A DNA stretch of 62,789 nucleotides, the filler included, from Basidiobolus ranarum (taxonomy: Eukaryota), in assembly GCA_040143965.1 (NCBI GenBank). It is 31 parts of 31 records of this genome, joined end to end, with 100 filler letters (N's around TTAATTAATTAA, not from the genome) between each part and the next. Parts side by side here need not be neighbours in the genome. Positions count along the whole stretch, not along the records: positions 52,779 to 54,701 come from JASJQH010010956.1; positions 54,802 to 56,724 come from JASJQH010010957.1; positions 56,825 to 58,746 come from JASJQH010010958.1; positions 58,847 to 60,768 come from JASJQH010010959.1; positions 60,869 to 62,789 come from JASJQH010010960.1; 26 more parts are not named here. One strand, written 5' to 3'. Positions within the stretch are counted from its first letter, which is position 1, and every line of letters begins with the position of its first letter. The position numbers were made by a program, and so were the translations under genes. Positions 52,945 to 62,789 of the stretch are shown piece after piece. Below the pieces are notes generated by a model, which made no database searches, was not told where the DNA came from, and saw only the letters and a program-made list of their open reading frames with translations.

Positions 52945-53418
52945 GTCTGTGGCTTGTCACAGAATGCTGCATAAGCATATACATCATCATTGGAAGTGTT
53001 CCACCAGTTTCCTGGCTTATTTCCCCTTCTGCATGATCTTCTGGGTCCTGAATCATCCTTTGATGTAATTGAGACTGAAATTTCAGTTGAATAGGACTCA
53101 GATCCAGCTAGTATTTTGTCAGACACTTCCTGAATAGTGCTGATTGTGTTTTCTGGATGAAGAACTGTGTTTTACATGAAAAATTTGCTTTTTCATCAAA
53201 GAGAACATCTCTGCACTTAATTAACTTTTGATTTTTGGTATCAAACAGTTTGTAGGCCTTGGATCCATCACAGTAACCAAGAAATATACATTTTCTGCTT
53301 TTGGGTTCCAATTTTTAGCATTTTTGAGCTGGAATTAGGCAAAATGCTGTGCAACCAAAGATCCTGAGATGATCCACACTTGGTTTTGATCCATATAGAG
53401 CTTCAAAATGGAGTAGAA
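52945..53418 (-). mobile_element. Copia integrase C-terminal fragment
   Basis: EPKSRKCIFLGYCDGSKAY..CRDVLFDE. Confidence 0.85.
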
Positions 53419-54701
53419 TGGGAAAGGTCACACTTGACTTACAAATAAGTAAAACCAAAATTTGAATGGTAACCTTGGAAGATTTCTTATATATTCCATC
53501 ACTTACAACAAATCTGTTTTCAAGTGAAGCAATTGAAAAGAAATATTATGATGTCAAATTCAGCCAAGGAAAAGCAACAATATACAAATCAAAGGACTTG
53601 ATAGTAGCAACTGGAGCAAGAATTGGGAATCTATATTATCTGGATATTGTACCAATAACTGAGACTGTTTCTAACTTTGCCACAATTACTTTGGGAAACT
53701 TGATGACTTGGCATCAATGCTTGGGGTATATAAACCATCACAGTGTGAAACTATTATTTAAAATAGCCAATGTACTGGAATGGATCTTAAGCACCCAGGT
53801 ATTACTAAATGTCAAAGCTGTATGCAAGGGAAAATCACCAGAAAACTGTTTCCAAAAGAAGGAGCTAGCAAAGCCCAAGATTTATTGGATCTTATTCATA
53901 CGGACTTATGTGGCCCAATGCAAACTCCGACACCAAGTAAGCAACAGTATTTACTAATCTTTATTGCTGATAAATCTCACTTCACAGTTTCATATCTTCT
54001 GTCAAGCAAAGGAGCAGTGTTTCAATATTTCAAAATATATGTAGCAATAGTCACAACCATAACAGGAAGAAAAATTAAATACCTATGAGGTGATAATGGG
54101 ACAGAACTTTGCAATGAAGCAATGACTAACTTTTGTCAAGAAAAGGGAATTCAGCAGCAATTTACTATTCCATATTGTGCAGAACAAATTGCAGTTGCAG
54201 AAAGTATGAATTGGATTTTAGTAGAGAAAGCATGTACAATGCTGATTGATTTGGATCTGCCTAAGATCTATGGGTGTGACACTATTTTAACAGCTACATA
54301 TTTCCAAAATAAAAGTCCAACATGTAGCAACCATGACTCTAAAGCTCATATTGAAATCTGGACTGGAAACAAGTCTAATGTGAATCACCTTGGAATTTGT
54401 GGATCAATAGTATATGATCATATTGTTAAACCACAGCTTAGGAAATTGGACAAAAAGGCAATTAAATGTATTGTATTAGGATATTACAACAAAGTCTATT
54501 CTCTCCTAATTGCTGGCACAGATCAAATCATCAACTCCAGAGACACTATATCCATTGAAGAAAATCTCAAATCTTCTAATCAAGGGAATATGATTATGGC
54601 TGAAAATCAATTTCTCCACAACTCAAATTCTGAATTGACAAGTTCTGAAACAAATTTTGAGCTAACAAGTACCAAAACCAACTTGGAACATGATACATTG
54701 G
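53419..54701 (+). mobile_element. Copia protease to integrase fragment (second family)
   Basis: WHQCLGY, LDLIHTDLCGP and RKLDKKAIKCIVLGY motifs. Confidence 0.9.
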
Positions 54702-54801
54702 NNNNNNNNNNNNNNNNNNNNNNNNNNNNNNNNNNNNNNNNNNNNTTAATTAATTAANNNNNNNNNNNNNNNNNNNNNNNNNNNNNNNNNNNNNNNNNNN
54801 N

Positions 54802-56138
54802 CTTAAAGTTTTGATGAAATCCCCAAATATATATCAATGATCCAATACCAAAGCACTCACTGTAAAGCTGATGGTATTAACAATATACTTGATGGATAAC
54901 ACTACCGGATTGTGAAAAGTCAAGGTTTCTTTGAGAACACATATGATCATGCATTTGCATTGGCTCTGGATAGTTTCTCACTAAACAAATATACCATTGG
55001 AAAGGCTTGCTGGCCAACAATTTTAATTAGCTTAAATGTTCCTCTTTCTGAACAGCATAAGAGTCATAATAATTTGATACTATCCATCATAACTGGACCT
55101 AAAGCACCAGTGCTTACAGATAACTTCTTGGAGCCTTTGATTGTAGAATTTGAATGGTTATCCAATGGGGTTCAGATTGGTAAATATTTTATTAAAGCTA
55201 ATATCATGGTATATATTGGTGACACTCCTGCCATCAGTAAACTTGGAGGTTTTTGCAGGCACAATGCACTATCTTGCAGTAGATTTTGTCAAATCTATGG
55301 AGTCTACTCTATGAGGCATACACACTACTACTATCCAAATACAAACCTAAGCTCCATGTTTGTACCATCAAGGGCCTGGTCAGATTTCAACATGTTCACT
55401 GATATCAATTCATCAATTAGTTGGTCCAACATCAAACTTGGTATTAGCAATAAGCCTAAGATTATATTGCTAAGGGGATCAGCTGCAGCCAGAGTTTCCC
55501 ATTAGGCACTATGCACTTACTATTCCATAACATTTCAATACTACTTACTCAGCTATATAGTGGAAAACTTAATATGAAAGAGCCATTCACAATAGGATCA
55601 AAGTTTGAATTGATTGGGAAAATGCTTGAAGACATCAAGATACCATCAATAACCACTCATATTGGTGCTTACTCAAATGCAAAGACTGGAAGTATTGGAT
55701 TTGTATATGTTCAAGTGGAATTTTGAAAAGATTTCTGCCTGATAAGTGTTGACAACATTGGGAGTTGTTTGTCAATATTGTTAATGTATTCTTATCACAT
55801 CAACTCACATTTGCAGATCTCAGGCAGATACAGTGCCTGTGCCAAGATTTTGTAATGGGATATGAAAAACTTTATTACAGGCTTAAAGTAGATAGAGCAA
55901 ATCTATGCCAGTATTCAATATATTCCCTGCTGCATCTTTCTGAATGCTTGGAGATTATAGGCCCATGTTATGCATTCTGGGATTTCCCAATGGAGTGCAC
56001 CTGCAGTGAAATGATGCTCCATGTGAAATTGTCAGCATTACCAAATGCTAATCTGATTAACAATGTATCAGAAAAAACAGTGATGAATGTAATGTGATTG
56101 GTTAAAGAGACTCCAGAGTATATTAACCTTCCAACAAA
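54802..56138 (+). pseudogene. CMC-like transposase central fragment
   Basis: GDTPAISKLGGF.HNA..SRFCQI and WDFPME motifs. Confidence 0.85.
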
Positions 56139-56724
56139 CCCTAACAGATATTTGAGGATTGTTATTGTAGGAAAACCATCGCAATTTTAATCCATTTTGG
56201 ATTAACCATTTACTTACCATCAAATAATCATCAAGTTAGATTTGATTTTAATCAATTTTTTTAGTTTCTGGAGTGAAATTTTAAGATCTCACAAAATAGT
56301 TGCAAATGATTGGCTATAATCTCAGCAACCTATGGATCAATGCATGTGCAAAAAACATAACTCAGATTTTACACATTTACCACTTGAACATTAATATGTC
56401 ACCTTCAAAATCCCTAGTCTCTTTGATATATTCTCCTAAATATTTTTATAGAGTTCTTCATACCCAAGCTTTAGCTCATACCCAACACAAGTTTGTATCA
56501 ATATCTCCATCAAAGCCCACCATTGTATTAACGTTGCTGAATCAACATTCTTCCAGCTATCTGGCAGATACCCTGCAACATTGTGCCACTCTGTATTAAG
56601 TTCTTCCCAGGTATCTGCACAGTCAACACCAGACTGAATGTCAAGTTCAATGTACTTCTTCTGAAACCTCTTTTTGCATACTTGCACTGCATTTTTCCCC
56701 TCATACTTTTGGAAATACTCCTGA
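56139..56724 (-). mobile_element. CMC-like terminus B and ORF2 3' end, inserted into a transposase copy
   Basis: CCCTAACAGATATTTGAGG at 56139. Confidence 0.85.
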
Positions 56725-56824
56725 NNNNNNNNNNNNNNNNNNNNNNNNNNNNNNNNNNNNNNNNNNNNTTAATTAATTAANNNNNNNNNNNNNNNNNNNN
56801 NNNNNNNNNNNNNNNNNNNNNNNN

Positions 56825-57707
56825 GGTATGGATGTTATGCAACTGGTCAACAAGCCTCCAGAGTCTGTTAACCTTCCAACAAGGGGTCTTTTCAATGTGC
56901 CCATGGGTTTTCACATTGTTTCAGCACAATAACAGCAACAAAGCCCAATTCATGAACACACAGTAAGTACCTCTATAATTTGACTAATTTGTTTGTGTAA
57001 TAATCTGATGCTAATTCTAGGAAAGCTGCAAGACTGACTTCTTGGTGAGATAGATTGAGATATGCAATAATAACATTTTAGTCATGTGATAATCTATTCA
57101 AGCATTGACACAGCTATTTGTGCCAGGACATTTGTTGACTGCAAGTTGGTGATATATTGGCTGAGTTGTTTATGAAAATACGTCAAAATCCAACAGCTTA
57201 TTCTCATTTTGAATAGTATCAAGAGTCAGCTAATTGCCAAGTGTCAGTGCTATTCAAAGCTTCAGATGTTAAGCAATTTTTCCACCAATAGTTTGCTGGT
57301 AAAGCAAATTGATGTTGTTGAGTATTGTCTGATCAGTCAAATATGAGCATATGTGCAGACTAAGCACAACAAGATTATTGTATTTTTTGATTCTCATTAT
57401 GGCAGGAACACAAAGCCAAAAGTATCTAAATAAAGGCATCCATATTATTTTGAATTCCTACAGCCATTAACCCAGTATTTTGCTATTTGGAAATTATATT
57501 TTTGCAAAAATTGCTGGAAATTATTAACACATGCCAAATATTAGGATCAATATTTTAACATGTAAAAATACTGTCAAGAAACTGCTATCATACCATTAAA
57601 ATCCCTGGCAGAATGCAAGCCACCAATATTATGACAGTTGTCTGACAGCTTTGCAATTTAGAAGGGTAGATCTGATCTTGATCAAATCAATTTTATTTTT
57701 GTTAGGG
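56825..57707 (+). mobile_element. CMC-like transposase 3' end and terminus A
   Basis: Ends TTTTATTTTTGTTAGGG. Confidence 0.85.
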
Positions 57708-58746
57708 GCCCTAGTTACTATATTATGTTTCACCCTGCAATAACTGTATATGCCCTATGTTTTCCTTGATCAGACTGAGGTCTGATCAACACCAGTTATC
57801 AATAAACATTCTTGCCAAAGTATCTTCCTTGTTCAGTCTTGTCTTGTGGTCTACATCCAAGTACTCTCTTATCTTCTAGGCTCTTTTTGTTAATTCCAGT
57901 CCTTGTCAAGTTTCTTCATCTGACACTGACGTGATGATAGAAAATCAATTGGGTGCCAATTGGTATTTGAAGTTAAATATGACAGTGATGGCAGTATAGA
58001 AAGGCACAAAGTTAGACTAGTGGCCAAAGGCTACTCCTAAGAACAAGGAATAGATTATACAGAAACTTTTACTCCTGTCCCAGAGGCTAATTTGAAACAA
58101 TCGATTTTGGTAATTCCAGCTAAATTCAGTTTGTTTCAAATGAAATGAATGTTGAAGCTGTTTTCTTTAGTGCTGAGCCAGCTGAGGAGACCAATACAAA
58201 CCAGACAGATGCACTTTTGGACCTAAAATTCCTAAAAAGTTTGCAAACTTCAGAAAAAATCTATGGCTTAAAACAATCTCCAAGTGCTTGAGATAACAAG
58301 AGCAAAACATTTTTGGAAACACTGAAATTCCAAAGGAGTAATGCTGACTATTGCTTCTAGTTCAGGCCAGATGTCACAAATCCAGTTCTATTAGCCATGT
58401 ATGTAGATGACCTTTTTGTAGAACAAATGACTTAAGTACTTAGAGGTAACCAAATTGTGCTTGTTTGCCAAATTCTGAATTCTTGATCTTGGTGAACTAA
58501 TGTGCTGTCTGGAATGCAAATAACATAGGTAGTGTCATGATTCTGATATTGGCATACCAATCCACTGCAAATAGAACTCTTCTATTATTACATGATGACA
58601 TCATATTTGTTATGCCACCCCTTCTTACCAATCTTGTGTGGGTTCATCCAGGTTAACTTACATGGAAGTCTTGTTCTTTTCAACATTTGATGAAACCTTA
58701 CCATTCATGTCATCCCACACAGTGTATTTCCACCAAGACCTTCCAT
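57708..58746 (+). mobile_element. LTR-C 3' part (to TGACA at 57925), Copia RT remnant, and LTR-C start (58533)
   Basis: TGTTTCACCCTG is shared with 1908-1919. RLVAKG and YVDDL motifs. TGTCATGA at 58533. Confidence 0.7.
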
Positions 58747-58846
58747 NNNNNNNNNNNNNNNNNNNNNNNNNNNNNNNNNNNNNNNNNNNNTTAATTAATT
58801 AANNNNNNNNNNNNNNNNNNNNNNNNNNNNNNNNNNNNNNNNNNNN

Positions 58847-60768
58847 CTTCAAATGCAGTAGAATTTTGTAGCAATCTTGTGGGGCTTCTGTTTGGACCTG
58901 GACTGCAGTGGAGACATTCTTCACCCAATATTGGTAATCTAACTTTTGATCAAGTTAAATTGATCTTGCCATCTCCAGTATGGACCTATTGGAACATTCA
59001 ACAACTCCAGTTTTTGGTGAAGTATAAGGTACAGTAGCTTGTTGCTTGGATCTATGTTTAGAACAAAAACTACCAAAATCTTGAGAGCAGTATTCTCCAC
59101 CTTTTTCACCACTTGGTACCCTTTTTTTTATTCTGATTCTTTCCCTACCATTACTTTATAGTGCTTAAACATAGCTAAGGCCTGGCATTTTGATTTGAGA
59201 AAAATACCCACTTATATCTTGTTTTGTCATCAATGAAAGATTAAAAGCACCTTTTCCCTCCTACTGACATGTTTTTCATGGACCCATATAGGTCAGAATG
59301 AATTAGGGCCAAATTCTGAGTCTGTTTGATATCTCCAGAGCATAAAAACAGCTGTCTGCAATGCTTTAGAGAAAATGTATCCAGTTGCAGATATTCCATC
59401 ATTGAAGTTTCTTTCCCAGTCTGAATCAATCTAGCCTTCAAAACTTTGTTCATCACAGGTTGCAGAGTATTCCAGAACTAGATCAACTGTTCCTCCAAAA
59501 TACCTGAATATTTGTTTGACTGCAGTTGGTTGCTGAGATCCTTAATTTTTAAGAAATTTGCTGACAGTTCCCACTGCTACAGCAATGTCTGGATATGTTC
59601 AAACAATTGTATACTTTAAACTACCAGCCATGGATTGATAAGTAACTCCTGGCTTTAATTTGATTCATTTTGCGCCCAATTGGATTGTATTTTGCTTAAT
59701 GTCACATTGGGATCCATTGGTTTTGATATAGGCTGGCTATTTTCCATGTTGAAGCATCTTATGATGCCTAGTTTGTATCTACTCTAATCAGCTTAATTTA
59801 CTGATTGGGTTTTTCTCTCTTGGTTTGGATTGAAAGAAAATAACTTAAATCACCCACATCAATCATCTGAAATTGGTTTGATAAGCTGCTTTTTCCTTGA
59901 TGAGGTGCTTCTAGATCATTTGTGGCTATGAATAAGTCATCCACATATAGTGCAAAGATAAGGAACCTATTTTGGTTGTTTTGATGGACATACTGTCATC
60001 TGCTGTGCACTTGTGAAGTTGTAGTGCTTTGTAAAAGGTGTCTATCTTCTTATACCCTGGTTGCCTGCTTAAGTCCATATGGTGATTTTTGCAGTTTACA
60101 GATCATATTGGAGTGTTTTGGGCCAACAAATCTGTCTTGTTACTCCATTTAGATCTTCTCTTCTAGATTTTCAATCAGAAACGCTGTTTTTACATCAATT
60201 TGGTGTAAATCAAGGTTGTGTACAACTGAGAATGCCAGGATTGATCTAATGGAGCTAAACTCAGCTACTGCAGAAAAAGTTACATTGAAGTCATCTTGTG
60301 GAGTCTGGGAATAACCTTTTCCAACTAATCTTGCTTTGTACCTTTCTGTGTTGCCATCAGATTGATTTTTGACGATGTAGACCTATTTGCAACCTAATGA
60401 CTTTCTCCCTGATGGTACAGGACTTAAAATCTATATTTTATGGCCCTGAAGTGAAGAAAACTCATCTGAAATTGCTTTTTCCTATAATTTTGATTCTAGA
60501 CACTCCAGAGCTTGATCTAGAGTGCGTGGTATGTCACAGAATGCTGTATAAGCATATACTTCATCACTGGAAGTGTTCCACCAGTTTCCCGGCCAATTTC
60601 TCTTTCTGGTTGCTAATCAGAGTCCTGATCATTCTCTGATGTAATTGGGACTGGATTGTTGGTTGAATATGGCGCAGATACAGCTGGAATTTTTCAGACT
60701 CTTTCTGCATAGTGCTGATTGTGCTTTCTGGATCAAGAACTGTGATTTGTGGTGAAAAATTTGCTTTT
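58847..60768 (-). mobile_element. Rearranged Copia pol (RT segment followed by integrase core)
   Basis: YKARLVGKG and LYVDDL in 59430-60768. LIHSDLYG and VEMARS in 58847-59400. Confidence 0.8.
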
Positions 60769-60868
60769 NNNNNNNNNNNNNNNNNNNNNNNNNNNNNNNN
60801 NNNNNNNNNNNNTTAATTAATTAANNNNNNNNNNNNNNNNNNNNNNNNNNNNNNNNNNNNNNNNNNNN

Positions 60869-61850
60869 CAGCAAACTAATGGTGGATAAATTGCTAAACA
60901 TCTGAAATTTTGAATAGCACTGCCATTTGGCAAATAGATGACTCTTTTTACCATTCACAACAAAAATAAGCTCCTGGATATTGGCAAATTTCCATAAATA
61001 ACTCAGCCAATGTATTCCCAACTTGCAGTCAACAAATGTCCTGATAAAAGTAGATGTATCATTGCTTGAATAGATTACCCCATGGCTAAAACAATAATAA
61101 TGCATATCTTGATCTATGTCACCTAGAATTCTATCTTGCAGCTCTCCTAAAAATACTGTCAGATTATCACCAAAGCAAATTAGTCCCATTATAGAGGTAC
61201 TTACTCTGTGTCCATGGATTGGGCTTGGTTGCTGTTGTTGCGCTTAAACAATGTGAAAACCTGTGAACACATTGAAAAGATCTCGTTGTTAGCAGATTAA
61301 TATACTCTGGAGCCTCCTTAACCAATCATATTATATCTATCACTGATTTTGCTGATACATTGTTAATCATACTAGCATACAGTAATGCTGATGATTTCAC
61401 ACACAGCATCATTTAGCCACAGGTGCACTCCATTGGGAACACCCAGAATGTATAGCAAGGGCCTATAATCTCTAAGCATTGTGAAAGATGCAGCAGGGAA
61501 TGTATTGAATACTGGCATAGATTTAGTCTATCATCTTTAAACCTGTAATAAAGTTTTTCATATCCAAATACAAATTCTTTGCACAGTTGCTCTATCTGCC
61601 TGAGATCTGCCAATGTGCGTTGATGCCATAAGTATATATTAACATTATTGACAAACAACTCCCAATGTTGCCAATACTTATCAGGCAGAAACCTTTACAA
61701 AATTCCACTTGAATAAATACAAACCCAATACTTCCAGTCATTGCATTGGAATGAATGCCTAGATGAGTGGATAGTGATGGGAGTCCTGGTAAAAGATGAT
61801 GGTACCTTGATGTTTTCAAGAATTTTCCTAATCCAATCAAACTTTGATCC
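60869..61850 (-). pseudogene. CMC-like transposase 3' fragment
   Basis: IHSLLHL..GPCYTFWVFPME motif. Confidence 0.85.
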
Positions 61851-62789
61851 CCCTAACAAAAGTAAAATTGATTTGATCCAGATAGGATCCATCCACCAAA
61901 AGAGCAAAACTGTCAGAGAACCATCACAATTTTGTTGGCTTACATTCTGCCAGGGATTTTGATGGTGTGATGGCAGTTTCTTGACGGTATCTTAGTGGTA
62001 TTCATACATGTTAGAATATTGGTCCTCAAATTTGGCATGTGTTATTCAAAATCCAGCAATTTTTGCAAAAATATAATTTTTGAATGGCAAATTACTGGGT
62101 TTACTGCTGTAGGAATTCAATTCAATATGCATGCCTTTATTTAGATATTTTAGGCTTTGTATTCCAGCCATAATGAGAATCAAAAAATACAAGAATCTTG
62201 TTGTGTTTAGTCTCTGCATATGCACATACTTGACTGATTATACATAACTCAACAACATCAATATGCTTTACCAGCAAACTAATGGTGGAAAAATTGCTAA
62301 ACATCTGAAATTTTGAATAGCACTAACACTTGGCTAATAGCTGACTCTTGTTATTGTTCACAATGAGAATAAGCTCTTGGATTTTGGCAAATTTCCATAA
62401 ACAATTCAGCCAATATATCCCCAACTTGCAGTCAACAAATGTCCTGCCACAAGTAGATGTGTCAATACTTGAATAGATTACCCCATGGCTGAAACAATAA
62501 TACTGCATATCTTATCTATCTCACCAAGAAGTCTGTCTTGCGCTTTCCTAAAAATACCATCAGATTATCACACAAGCAAGATGGTCCAATTATAGAAGCA
62601 CTTACTCTGTGGCCATGGATTGGGCTTTGCTGCTGTAATTGTGCTCAATCAATGTGAAAACCCATGAGCACATCAAAAAGAGCCCTTTGTTGGCCAATCA
62701 ATATACTCTGGAGTCTCCTTAACCCATTGCATTACATCCATCACTGATTTAGCTGATACATTGTTAATCAGATTAGCATATGGTAATAC
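61851..62789 (-). mobile_element. CMC-like terminus A and transposase 3' end, nested in another copy
   Basis: CCCTAACAAAAGTAAAATTG at 61851. Confidence 0.85.

Overview
This is not one continuous locus. It is 31 short contigs of about 1.92-1.94 kb, sorted by decreasing length and joined by an artificial 100-nt N44-TTAATTAATTAA-N44 linker, so adjacency across linkers has no meaning. The DNA is fungal, with spliceosomal introns and con-6; an early-diverging lineage is my inference. Six contigs carry ordinary CpG-containing genes: the RPL4 3' end, a secreted Gly-rich protein, intron-rich ABZ1/PabAB, SUS1/ENY2, a Rab2-like C-terminus, a C2H2 zinc-finger protein, a tandem con-6 array and an LEA_2-like protein. 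The other contigs are a nested graveyard of strongly CpG-depleted transposons. These include one abundant CMC/EnSpm-type (Tnp2-like) DNA transposon, reconstructable at about 5.3 kb, with CCCTAACA(A/G)AAAT termini and a divergently transcribed second ORF, plus several Ty1/Copia families, Ty3/Gypsy remnants and several LTR families. The most unusual element is a 283-bp TG...CA, 5-bp-TSD solo-LTR-like repeat (3 copies here) that contains a full tRNA-like cloverleaf with intact Pol III A and B boxes. It may be a tRNA analogue of the 5S-carrying Cassandra LTRs.
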